In this document: piece after piece, positions 1-9,440 of the stretch
Layout: each line of letters starts with the position of its first letter
Position numbering within the stretch: the first letter of the stretch is position 1
Assembly (NCBI GenBank): GCA_963719085.1
Contig: CAVRAL010000001.1
Coordinates: 864,001-928,000, forward strand
Source: a candidate division FCPU426 bacterium
GTDB lineage: Bacteria > Oederibacteriota > Muellerivitia > Muellerivitales > Muellerivitaceae
Length of the DNA: 64,000 nt
Direction: 5' to 3'
The notes under the pieces: generated by a model
Told to the model about the DNA's origin: nothing
The model's database searches: none
What the model saw: the letters and a program-made list of their open reading frames with translations, nothing else
Position numbers and translations under genes: made by a program

Positions 1-36
1 TTTAGTGACGCGGCAATCTAAGTCTATGGGGTATTC

Positions 37-252
37 TTATTCCGCTTCATCTTTCGACTTAGCCGTTTTCAGCAGCTGTTTGACCTTCTTCTCGATCTCG
101 TTCAAGCGCTGGTTACATTCCTTAGTCAGCTTCATGCCCTCTTCAAATAGCTTAAGCGAATCCTCGAGTTTGAGGTCTTCGGACTCCATCTTAGAAACGA
201 TGGTTTCGAGCTTGCCGAGTGAATCTTCGAATGACGGTTGTTGGTTGGCCAT
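37..252 (-). CDS. xseB: Exodeoxyribonuclease VII small subunit
   Basis: 71 aa; SFEDSLGKLETIVSKMES..LKLEDSLKLFEEGMKL..EC...L...E.KV pattern; GAGG RBS. Confidence 0.95.
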   Translation of the reverse strand: MANQQPSFEDSLGKLETIVSKMESEDLKLEDSLKLFEEGMKLTKECNQRLNEIEKKVKQLLKTAKSKDEAE

Positions 253-336
253 GATTGCCTCTCAATTAAGATTGGGATATTTTACTCGACTTCAAACAGG
301 AAATGTTTGGTTTCAGTAGTATGAAATACCCATTTT

Positions 337-1605
337 TCATTGAGGGCGTTCAATTAATTTAGTTTCGATGCTGACAAGAAAATCGCGAATGATCCTGTAT
401 TCTTTTTGGCTTAAATCAATGATTTCGCTAATTTTTTTGTGTTTTCGTTTAAAGGCGTTAAATTTATTTTTATTTTTTCCAATCAACAACAAAGCGTACT
501 TTGCGGTCGTTTCTGGCTCAAATATATATAACCACTTACTCAAAGAAATTTGATAATCCGTCTTTTTGAAAATTTTATCCGATAGTGCTTTTAAAGTCTT
601 TAGCTCATTTTGAGTTGTTTTTAGTGTTTTCTCGTCAAGTTTAAAAAGCGAACTGACTTTCTCGATGGATTTTTTAGACGGGCTTGTTTTTTTAGACTCG
701 ATTTTCAGGAGACGAGTAATTTTCTGAAGATTGTTGAATTTTTTGTCGCTACTTTTCGCCGTTTCAATTATTTGTTTTTCATAATGCGATAAAATCTTAT
801 CTAATTCTTCTTGAGATTTTTTAAATATTTCTGGAAGTGTCGATCCCTTTAAATATTCGGCGTACTTTTTTTCAGCATTTGGAAGCGAAATCTCATTCAC
901 GATAATAGAAGTTTGCAAATTCCTAAGGTTCGATAACACCCATTCTTCTTGAGGTAATTTGGATAGGTGTGAAGTAATTAAAAAAACGGCCGTCAATAAA
1001 AGACCAATTCGAATGTCACTAAAGTTAACAACAATATTTCCCGAATCTTTAATTTCCAGCAAAACAAAAAACAGAATAACCAATCTTGAAAATATGATGA
1101 AGGGAGAAACTTTCAAAAAACCTTTGTTTTTTAATAGTGGGAGATCAAAAAAGTTTAATGCTAAAACCACTAAAAAATTGGAAAGATCGAAGATCAAGAA
1201 AAAGTAAATGGCCCAATATGTTTCAAAACTATGTTTTTCGCTCTGAAAAAATAAATAAAGCAATGTTAAGCTTTTGAAGAGTGATGCACTCAGGAGCAAT
1301 CTTATCTCTGGGTTAATTTGCAAAAATCTCGGTTTTTCACCTTCCGATTGTAATTGGGAGGTGTTTAAAAATTTAAAATCTTCAAATAAGTCATATAAAA
1401 TTGAAAAAAATACAAACCACCATAATGAATTAATTAGAGAAAAGTCGTTTTTTTCGGCTATCACAAGAAACATCCAACAGAGCGTGGCCATTGCGCCCCA
1501 CGCAACCCAAAGATTTACTCCACGATTTTTCTGTTCGGATTCCAAACTTTTAATTTTTAAATCGATCAACTCAATCAGATTAAATTTATCGGATTTTCGA
1601 ACCAT
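337..1605 (-). CDS. AT-rich hypothetical membrane protein (several N-terminal TM segments, Lys-rich helical C-terminus)
   Basis: 422 aa ORF with GAGG RBS; hydrophobic N-terminal half; DNA visibly more AT-rich than the core genes. Confidence 0.7.
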   Translation of the reverse strand: MVRKSDKFNLIELIDLKIKSLESEQKNRGVNLWVAWGAMATLCWMFLVIAEKNDFSLINSLWWFVFFSILYDLFEDFKFLNTSQLQSEGEKPRFLQINPEIRLLLSASLFKSLTLLYLFFQSEKHSFETYWAIYFFLIFDLSNFLVVLALNFFDLPLLKNKGFLKVSPFIIFSRLVILFFVLLEIKDSGNIVVNFSDIRIGLLLTAVFLITSHLSKLPQEEWVLSNLRNLQTSIIVNEISLPNAEKKYAEYLKGSTLPEIFKKSQEELDKILSHYEKQIIETAKSSDKKFNNLQKITRLLKIESKKTSPSKKSIEKVSSLFKLDEKTLKTTQNELKTLKALSDKIFKKTDYQISLSKWLYIFEPETTAKYALLLIGKNKNKFNAFKRKHKKISEIIDLSQKEYRIIRDFLVSIETKLIERPQ

Positions 1606-1894
1606 TACTAAAACCTCATTTATTTAGTTCTTGGACATAGATTGGTTTCTGATACATAAGAAACAAAGTTCAATTTTTTAAGATTACGAATTTGACTAAT
1701 TTTTGATGACTTTCTAAGTGGAAAACAGAACATTGTATAAATGTCGCATTTTGGATGGCCTGGGCCGATACTCAAAACCATTATCTATTAATAAATTCTG
1801 CAAAATAATACGCTTGCATTGACATTTTAGCCCAAATAGGCGCAGTATACGCACATTAGTTAAGGTTAAACGTACAGCCCTCTGCGGAGGTTAT

Positions 1895-3013
1895 ATGGCC
1901 AAAAGCCATCCTCGAAAGCAGAGCCTTCTGCAAAAGGCCCTCCAAGAAAAAAAGGTTCTTCAACACCAAGTTCTCATGTATCAGCGCCTGATGGAAATCA
2001 TGCGGGATGAGAGCAGTTTTGAAGCCATCCTCAAAGCCCTCATCAACCTGATCACCAAAGGTCTGGGCTATGACCGCGCCGGCATCTTTCTGGCCGAACG
2101 GGAAAAAGGCATTGTCGAGTTAGTCCTCGGCATCGACCGCTACGGCCATTTTGAAGGCGGCAGTAAGGCTTACCAATATCCGCTCTCCCCTCTCAAGGGA
2201 ACCAACTGGATATCCGACATGGTTTACGGCCACACGAAACCCTTCTTCGCCAATAACCTGACCCGGCTCCCAGCCAATAAACCGCTTCCGCCCAATTTGC
2301 CTCCGATGGTCATTTGCAACGCCGTGGTTCCTATTACCGTGAGCAATAACGACATCATCGGCGTGATCGCGGTAGACAATCTTTTTACCAAACGCAAATT
2401 GAAAAAGTCCGATCTCAAATCTTTGCTCAATTTCGCCACCGAAGCCGGGCTGGCCATCGAATCCTTCCGGTTACATGAAAAAATCAGGAGCATGTCTTTC
2501 AAAGACGGTTTGACCGGCGCTTTTAACCGCCGTCATTTTGAGAATTATTTTCCCCGGGAAGTTCAGCGCTGTGGCCGCTATGACCGGCAGTTGGGGCTTA
2601 TCTATGTGGACTTGGATCATTTCAAAAGCATTAACGATCAATTCGGGCATGCCACGGGCGACTTGGTTTTAAAAACAACGGCCGAACGGATGATGAATGT
2701 CCTGCGCAACGTGGATACGGTGGTGAGGATCGGCGGGGATGAGTTCGCGGTGATCTTGCCCGAAGTCGATCCGGAAGGCGTCAAGTATGTGGCCATGCGG
2801 CTGTTTCAAGCCATTACCCGCATCCCCATGCCCTTAGAGCAGATGGGACACCCGGACAAAAAGATCGGCGTCAGCATGGGCGTGGCCTGCATGGTCAAGC
2901 CCTCAACCGATCACAATGCCCTGATTCGCTTGGCGGATCAAAGTTTGTACGAGGCCAAAAAGGCGGGCCGCAACCGGGTGGGCGTAATGATGTTTGGTGG
3001 TGGAGCCGGGTAA
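1895..3013 (+). CDS. GAF-domain diguanylate cyclase
   Basis: GAF-like N-half; DGLTGAFNRR, DLDHFKSINDQFGH, RNVD (RxxD I-site), GGDEF; GGAGG RBS. Confidence 0.93.
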   Translation: MAKSHPRKQSLLQKALQEKKVLQHQVLMYQRLMEIMRDESSFEAILKALINLITKGLGYDRAGIFLAEREKGIVELVLGIDRYGHFEGGSKAYQYPLSPLKGTNWISDMVYGHTKPFFANNLTRLPANKPLPPNLPPMVICNAVVPITVSNNDIIGVIAVDNLFTKRKLKKSDLKSLLNFATEAGLAIESFRLHEKIRSMSFKDGLTGAFNRRHFENYFPREVQRCGRYDRQLGLIYVDLDHFKSINDQFGHATGDLVLKTTAERMMNVLRNVDTVVRIGGDEFAVILPEVDPEGVKYVAMRLFQAITRIPMPLEQMGHPDKKIGVSMGVACMVKPSTDHNALIRLADQSLYEAKKAGRNRVGVMMFGGGAG

Positions 3014-3053
3014 ACAAGACGAACCACTTCACCACGCTTCATCCACTATCCAG

Positions 3054-4115
3054 TCACCGATCCGGGTAGAAACAAGGGATATCCGTCCTGTCCAACGTTT
3101 GAGGAGCTCCAAGTATGAACTTGTGATTAGTTTCATTCCAAATCAATGGCACTCGATCGCACGATATGCCTGGGGCACTCTGGTATAAGAACAAGGAATT
3201 CTGTTCCTCTCGCAGCAGTGTCTTCCAACCGTCTCTCATCGCCGTATATTTAAAAACTTTTTTAAATTTTCCATTTTCAAATAGGTAAATCGCGCTTCCT
3301 GGAGTGGGTGAGGTATTTTCATGGTGAATGTCGTCATCCAGTATTAAAAGTCCCTTATGCGAACCCCAGGAAATGGCCTGGTAGTCGGCACTGGTGGAAC
3401 CGATATTCGTGAATATCTTTTGGACTTGACCCTGTTTATTTCTCTCGAATATCTCACAATCATTTTCGCCTAATCCTCCGCTGTTGCTCCCAGCGTTTAC
3501 CGAATTGAGGGTGACATACATCAAACAAGGAATTGGAATAGAATCGAACGAGACTTCGTCCCAATAGGAATCGCTGCCGAGCCGTCTTTGGATATTGGGA
3601 TCATCAGAATGATAAAGAGGAATGGTAGAAAGCTTCCGGACCTGGGGCATCAATCCCAGCCAATCCTTATCAATGAAATGATAAGGAATTCCTAAAAAAT
3701 CAGGGAGAGGATCATAAGAACTTCCGTCGCTTTGATAGGCCAGAGTTTTAATCGCCAGGAAACCATTGTCTCGAGTCCCCCGCGAGAGGGAAAATCCAAA
3801 ACCGGCCTCGGTCGAGTCATGTCCCAAGTAAATGGTCTTTTCGACTGTCGTCAAGCCGCCCATTTTCCCCTTCTTAAAATTCTTCTGATAAGTAGTTATC
3901 TCAGAGGCGGCATCTGGCAAATAACCAAGGATCACTTTCACCTTGACGGTATCTTGGCGTAGTTCCCAAAGATTTATCGTCCAGTTCAACTTTTGAAAAT
4001 CCCCACTATACGTATGATTGACGCACAATTTCGCTTCGGGCGCGGGTTGGGAATAAGTCGTTGATCCAAAACAAAGGAAAATAATCAAGAATCGGAATGA
4101 GCCTTTGAGTGTCAT
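3054..4115 (-). CDS. Hypothetical secreted protein
   Basis: 353 aa ORF with signal-peptide-like N-terminus; family not recognised. Confidence 0.6.
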   Translation of the reverse strand: MTLKGSFRFLIIFLCFGSTTYSQPAPEAKLCVNHTYSGDFQKLNWTINLWELRQDTVKVKVILGYLPDAASEITTYQKNFKKGKMGGLTTVEKTIYLGHDSTEAGFGFSLSRGTRDNGFLAIKTLAYQSDGSSYDPLPDFLGIPYHFIDKDWLGLMPQVRKLSTIPLYHSDDPNIQRRLGSDSYWDEVSFDSIPIPCLMYVTLNSVNAGSNSGGLGENDCEIFERNKQGQVQKIFTNIGSTSADYQAISWGSHKGLLILDDDIHHENTSPTPGSAIYLFENGKFKKVFKYTAMRDGWKTLLREEQNSLFLYQSAPGISCDRVPLIWNETNHKFILGAPQTLDRTDIPCFYPDR

Positions 4116-4120
4116 GAAGA

Positions 4121-4567
4121 CTAACCTTTTCGCAAATCAGCGTTGCTGACATGATTGGCGAAATGCCAGGAATGAAAATTTAGCCACTGCTTTTTGGTGA
4201 AGGGCCCTAAAACCGGGTGGTCGCTGACAGGCCCCTCAAATTCCTCGAAGGTATCCAAAGCTTTACGATATTTCAAAACCGCTTCCGTCTCATTCCCTTC
4301 GATCCGTTCCTTCGCCGGCCCCGGAAGACCCCGTGGAATTCGGCCGTAGAGCTTGAAAGCGATATAAGCGACCGGACCCACAAACCACTTTCGGATAAAA
4401 GGCATTTCGTGCTTGGCGCCCTTCAGGCTGTTTTCAATGCCCTTCGTCAAATGGGTGATGATTTGGTAATAGGACCAGCTTCCTGTGGTCGTCACCGGGC
4501 CTTTTTCAAGCCGAGCCAATTCTTGGCGGATATGCGCAAAGTTTTGGCAACGAAGTTTACGGGGCAT
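4121..4567 (-). CDS. DUF1569 / DinB-like protein
   Basis: GSWS..QIITHL...IE.S and HPVLG.FT..QW..FH..H..NH motifs. Confidence 0.8.
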   Translation of the reverse strand: MPRKLRCQNFAHIRQELARLEKGPVTTTGSWSYYQIITHLTKGIENSLKGAKHEMPFIRKWFVGPVAYIAFKLYGRIPRGLPGPAKERIEGNETEAVLKYRKALDTFEEFEGPVSDHPVLGPFTKKQWLNFHSWHFANHVSNADLRKG

Positions 4568-4626
4568 TGTATTTTTTACTTTCGGACGTTGATTTCAATC
4601 TCATATGGGTTCCTAGTTTATTCATT

Positions 4627-6693
4627 TCACCAATCTTTATCGACCGCGTCCTTGGGTAGATTGTCATCAAAAATGCTGGTCACATCTTCCGGGTACAATT
4701 TAAGCGTCGGACGATAATATTTGGCTTTTAATTCGCCCCGAGAATTGGACCATCGAAAATAGCCGTCGGTTCCTTGCGTGCCCGTCAACCCAGGGGAAGT
4801 TGCGGGGGCTGGCGGCGGAGCCTTTACGGGTTGGTTTGATTTATTAATGTAACGATAAGTGGACAAGGGGCCGTCCGGGAGGTCGCAAACTTTGGCCACC
4901 CCCCCGGAAAAAGAACTCTTTTCGGACTCATCAAACGGAATAATCACATTGCCCTTTTCATCGATGAACCCGTTATAGCCGCGCTCTTCATAGACCAGCG
5001 CCAAGCCCTCCGAGAAGGGTTCACACGCGTCATATTGGGCGGGAATCACGACCTTGCCGTTTAAATCCATGTACCCCCATTGTGGCTGTAAATAGATGTG
5101 GCCATCGGAATCACTTCGGACCGTGATGGGGCACGAATATCCCAAAAGCTGATCGCCCACGCCAGCTCCCGTATCGTCAAAATCAATATCCGCTAACGTA
5201 CTCACAACCGAGCCTGTCGAATCAATGATTTTTGTTTTCCCTTCCGACTGGACGACCGCCATCCCATTCACAAAGTCCTTCGCTCGGGTGAATTGGGGGG
5301 CAATCACCGTTTGTCCTTCCCCGTTCAGATATCCCCAGGCGACTTTTTGATAACGCGTCAGTTTCCCCGAATTGTCGCCGACGTATGAATAGGGGCCCAA
5401 GATAAACTTCCCTTGAAGATTGATATAACCCTGGCCCGCGGTCGTTTCCACAAAAGCCAATCCATTCTCAAAGGACTTCGCGTTGATAAAATTCATCCCA
5501 AACTGGCGGGCCCCGGTCTTATCAATGAAGAAATAGTAATAGGTGTTTTCCGTCATCTGGCTTACTAAGGCAAAGCCTTGGGAAAAAGGCTCGGCGGTTT
5601 TAAAGCGGCCTGGAAAAGCGAAGTTTCCCGTTCGATCGATATATCGCCAACCCCGTTCAGGGTTGTCGTCATCAACCTCCAATAAAACGGGCGCCAAGCC
5701 ATTCACAAAGGGTTTTCCGGTGAATGCGAATTGGAGCGGAATGACCTGATTTCCCTTTTGGTCAATATAGCCGGCCTTGCCCGCCAGGCTCACCATCGCC
5801 AAACCCTCCGAAAAGGGCCCGGCTTCGTCATACTGAGGGGGAATGATTATTTTTCCTTTCAAATCAATGAAGCCCAATTTTTCCTTAACGCAAGTGACGG
5901 CCGCCCCTTCGTTGAAGCGACTTAAATAGCCCTGGTGATAGAAATGGTCTCCGCCATAAACCTTGTCTTTTTCGTCTTCCGACTCTCCTTGCCAGTCATA
6001 AAAATCCCGGCCCGTTTTATCGACGTAGGATTCGTATTCGATGACAGGCGAGCCATGTCCCGAGCTATAGGCTAAAACCATCCCATCCTTGAATTGGACA
6101 TGACAGACCGGATCCAAATCGCGGGGCAGCGTTTTCAAGGTGAATACGGTTTTACCCTGGCGGTTGATATAGGTTCCGCAATTCACGTTGGCCAAACCTT
6201 CCGAAAAATTGAACGCGTCGTCGAACTGGGGCACGATCACCCATTGTCCGGCGGGGTCCATAAAGCCCCACTTGCCGTTGGTTTTAACGGCGGCTAAATT
6301 TTCTGAAAAGCCACGGGCTTGATCGTATTGAAAAGGAATCACAATGGTTCCTTTCCCATCCGCGAAACCCCATTTACCGTTCAAGTTGACCGGGGCCAAT
6401 CCCCCCCGCAGATCGCCGACAAAATCGTACTTGGGCTCCAGGATATAGTTCCCCTGTTCGTCGATCAGTCCGTACTTTTCGTCAAGGAAAACAACGGCGC
6501 GCCCTTCCGAAAAATCCCGCTCAAAATCAAATCGGGCCGGGATAACGACTTGGCCCGCGGCATCCACATAGCCCATTGGGTTCACGCAGAAAAGATAAAG
6601 CGGTTTGCCTTGAGCCGTCTGGGCGACGGCGGCCTGATTCAGAACCGCCAGGAAAAAAATAAAAAAGATTGTTGGGATCCGCTTCGGCTTCAT
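4627..6693 (-). CDS. Secreted WG-repeat (KWG-type) protein
   Basis: Signal peptide; many G[FY]ID..G..VIP.Q[FY]D.A..FSEGLA.V repeats. Confidence 0.92.
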   Translation of the reverse strand: MKPKRIPTIFFIFFLAVLNQAAVAQTAQGKPLYLFCVNPMGYVDAAGQVVIPARFDFERDFSEGRAVVFLDEKYGLIDEQGNYILEPKYDFVGDLRGGLAPVNLNGKWGFADGKGTIVIPFQYDQARGFSENLAAVKTNGKWGFMDPAGQWVIVPQFDDAFNFSEGLANVNCGTYINRQGKTVFTLKTLPRDLDPVCHVQFKDGMVLAYSSGHGSPVIEYESYVDKTGRDFYDWQGESEDEKDKVYGGDHFYHQGYLSRFNEGAAVTCVKEKLGFIDLKGKIIIPPQYDEAGPFSEGLAMVSLAGKAGYIDQKGNQVIPLQFAFTGKPFVNGLAPVLLEVDDDNPERGWRYIDRTGNFAFPGRFKTAEPFSQGFALVSQMTENTYYYFFIDKTGARQFGMNFINAKSFENGLAFVETTAGQGYINLQGKFILGPYSYVGDNSGKLTRYQKVAWGYLNGEGQTVIAPQFTRAKDFVNGMAVVQSEGKTKIIDSTGSVVSTLADIDFDDTGAGVGDQLLGYSCPITVRSDSDGHIYLQPQWGYMDLNGKVVIPAQYDACEPFSEGLALVYEERGYNGFIDEKGNVIIPFDESEKSSFSGGVAKVCDLPDGPLSTYRYINKSNQPVKAPPPAPATSPGLTGTQGTDGYFRWSNSRGELKAKYYRPTLKLYPEDVTSIFDDNLPKDAVDKDW

Positions 6694-6703
6694 ATTTTTT
6701 TCC

Positions 6704-7588
6704 TCAAGCTTTGTCGTAAAGAGTTGAAATAACGGATAAATCCATATCGCCTTTATCAGAAACGACTTCCTGAGTCACCACATAGGCCGCTTCGGCGGCG
6801 GGCAGCGAAAGCTTTTCACCTTCAGCCGCTTTCAAGACCAACCCCAGGTCTTTGTTCATGAGCCTTAAGGGAAACTGGGGCGAATAATCCTCTGTCCGGA
6901 TTTTCTCAAACTTGCCCACGAAGGCCGGGCCGATGACGGCGGTTTTGGAAAGCACACTTAAGAGCGTGTCCCGGTCAAGCCCCAGCCCCCGCCCCAAGCG
7001 GATGGATTCGGCGATGGCTTCCATGCCCACGCCCAAGAGTAAATTCACCACCAGCTTCATCCGGGCGCCCGAACCCGCCGAGCCCATGAGGAACCATTGT
7101 TTGGCGATGGATTCGTAAATCGGCACGCAGGTGTCAAAAACTTCCTTTGAACCTCCGGCCAAAAGAGTGACGCTTCCCGCCTTGACCGCCGGTGTGGAAC
7201 CGGCCACGGGAATATCCAGCATTTGAATATTTAAGCTTTTCGCCTTGGCGTGAAGTTCCTCACTCACCGAAGGCGTGATGGTGCTCATCTCAAGAACGAT
7301 TAAACCGGGTTTGGATTTGGAGAAAATTCCGTGGGGCCCAAGATAAACCGCTTGGGCGGCTTCGTCGTTCATTAAGCTGGAGAGAATGACATCCGAGTTC
7401 GCGGCCAAATCCGAGGGGGTTTTGTCGACCGGAACGCCCTTCCCCGCGAAGCTATGGGTTTTCTCCAGGGTGCGGTTCCAAACCCGAAGGGACCAGCCTT
7501 GCTCCGCTAGGCGCTGGACAAAGGCGCTTCCCATAAGGCCAAGCCCCGCGAATCCGATTTTGGTTTGGGTTTTATCGACAGTCATCAT
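6704..7588 (-). CDS. NAD(P)-dependent oxidoreductase, 3-hydroxyisobutyrate dehydrogenase family
   Basis: IGFAGLGLMG Rossmann motif, WNRT, DIPVAGS, catalytic K in MKLVVN. Confidence 0.9.
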   Translation of the reverse strand: MMTVDKTQTKIGFAGLGLMGSAFVQRLAEQGWSLRVWNRTLEKTHSFAGKGVPVDKTPSDLAANSDVILSSLMNDEAAQAVYLGPHGIFSKSKPGLIVLEMSTITPSVSEELHAKAKSLNIQMLDIPVAGSTPAVKAGSVTLLAGGSKEVFDTCVPIYESIAKQWFLMGSAGSGARMKLVVNLLLGVGMEAIAESIRLGRGLGLDRDTLLSVLSKTAVIGPAFVGKFEKIRTEDYSPQFPLRLMNKDLGLVLKAAEGEKLSLPAAEAAYVVTQEVVSDKGDMDLSVISTLYDKA

Positions 7589-7611
7589 GCCTCAACACTT
7601 TCAGGCGACCA

Positions 7612-9129
7612 CTACAAATGAAAAGCCACCGAAGCGCCCAAAAAGGGCCCGCTGTTGTCCAATACCGCCGGCCGGGATCCCGCCGGGGCCGAGCTTCCCG
7701 CCCCTTGATCAATGGTAGGGACACATAAAATCCCGTTAGAAACCGGGACGATGACCTTCCCCGTACTCGTCGGAACCACTTCCAGCGTGACCGTGGAACC
7801 TTGGGCCACACCCGGAACGTTGCTGTTATTGATGGTGTTATTTAAATTGCCGACGCTGGCAAGCTGGTAGCCCGCGAAAGCCGTGATGAAAAAAGAATCA
7901 CTAAGCTTAAAATCCATTCCCAACTGAGCCTGTCCCCCAAACCCAAAACCATTGAAAGGACCCTTAAAATCGTCATTACCACCGGGGCTTACCAGATGAA
8001 AAGTATAATTGCTAATGTTGGCGAAGTCCAAAAGCGGACCGGCCGAGACCCAGGGCTGCATGTCGCCCGCCCCTAAATAATACCGGGCCGATAAGACGCA
8101 CTCGCCGAGGAACATATTGTAGGAATCATTTAAAGTAAAGCTGCCGTTGTTGGTAATCGTATCGTTGGCGGTCCCCACATCGATTAGGCCTATCTGGAAA
8201 GACCAATCCAAATCCGTCAGCAAAGGATTTTCCACTTCCAGGGAGATTCCCGGTCCCATTGTGGGCACCGAACCGCTTTCCTGGATATTGGGATCGGACA
8301 ACTGAAGTTCTTTAGCCGCCGCCACATAAGATTCCGCGCTATTTTCGAAATCCGTAAGATTGAAAAGGGCGATAAAGGGTGAGATACGGTAAAGCCTCTT
8401 GCGGCTTTTGTTGCGTGTGTTGCTGACAGGAGCCTGCGCCACGGTCATCGATTGGACGCTGGCGCTTGCCGCCAACTGCCCATCCATCCACGTTTGATCC
8501 TCCGGCGACAGCTGAGCCTTCAGTTGGTCGGCGTATTGTTTGACTTGCGGATTGGGAAGCTTTTGATCCGAGAGGGTCAGGTTGACGCAAGCTTCCTTGG
8601 ACTGGCCCGACAACACCTGGGACAGTCCTAAATAATAATAACTCTTCCCGTCGCCGGGATTTTCTTGGACGGCTTGTTGGAAAAACGGGATGGCCTGCGG
8701 ATATTGTTTTTGCTGGTAAAGCGACACGCCTTGGTCGAAAGAACTCGGGCCGGCGGCCGCTCCGGGCGGATTGGGGGGAGGCAAATTGGTAGTGTCCGTG
8801 CCCGCTCCCACTTTGGCTTGCAGGGATTGGATCATTTGCGCCAAGGCGTCCGAAGGCGTGATGGATTGCACCTTTTGATAGTCCGCCAAAGCCAGGGAAT
8901 ATTGTCCTTGGGTGTAATAGCAATTGGCCCGGCCTTGAAGGGACGAGGTATTGTTGGGATCCAGGCTGATCGCCGCGCTGAAATATTGGATGGCCTGGGA
9001 ATAGTTTTGGGCGTTGTAAAGCTGAAGGCCCGCGTTGTAATAATCGACGGCCGTGTAGGCGCGGCCGACTCCAACCAAAATCGTGAATTGAGCCGCCAAG
9101 ACAAAAAGAAAAGAAAATAATTTATTCAT
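7612..9129 (-). CDS. Secreted TPR protein with C-terminal outer-membrane beta-barrel-like domain
   Basis: Signal peptide (MNKLF..., GAGGA RBS); two TPR clusters; amphipathic beta-strands ending GASVAFHL. Confidence 0.75.
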   Translation of the reverse strand: MNKLFSFLFVLAAQFTILVGVGRAYTAVDYYNAGLQLYNAQNYSQAIQYFSAAISLDPNNTSSLQGRANCYYTQGQYSLALADYQKVQSITPSDALAQMIQSLQAKVGAGTDTTNLPPPNPPGAAAGPSSFDQGVSLYQQKQYPQAIPFFQQAVQENPGDGKSYYYLGLSQVLSGQSKEACVNLTLSDQKLPNPQVKQYADQLKAQLSPEDQTWMDGQLAASASVQSMTVAQAPVSNTRNKSRKRLYRISPFIALFNLTDFENSAESYVAAAKELQLSDPNIQESGSVPTMGPGISLEVENPLLTDLDWSFQIGLIDVGTANDTITNNGSFTLNDSYNMFLGECVLSARYYLGAGDMQPWVSAGPLLDFANISNYTFHLVSPGGNDDFKGPFNGFGFGGQAQLGMDFKLSDSFFITAFAGYQLASVGNLNNTINNSNVPGVAQGSTVTLEVVPTSTGKVIVPVSNGILCVPTIDQGAGSSAPAGSRPAVLDNSGPFLGASVAFHL

Positions 9130-9440
9130 TTTTATAGTTCCTCGGATAACCAAAGCCTTTTATATTTAAAAACGAAGGCATAAACAATGCGGTGATTTTA
9201 GCAATTCCCCCTCATCTTAAAAGAGAATAATTTTAGGCCATTGCCGGCCGAAAAATGATATTCAGGCCCGGTTTTACGGGGACGCGAGCCGAATGACGCC
9301 GGACTGCCGGGCGCCTTGCGGGGCCAAACCGCCGCTCAATACCGCGCCTACCTTTCAGTCCCCCGCCCGGCAACCATTCGGGCGCTGCCGCGGAAGTGAA
9401 TGGTTTTATCGCCTCGGAGTTTTACACCTGCGCGGAAAAT

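Noticed and set aside
4627..6693. Diversity-generating retroelement target
   Set aside because: No reverse transcriptase or template/variable repeat pair seen; the repeats are ordinary WG repeats.
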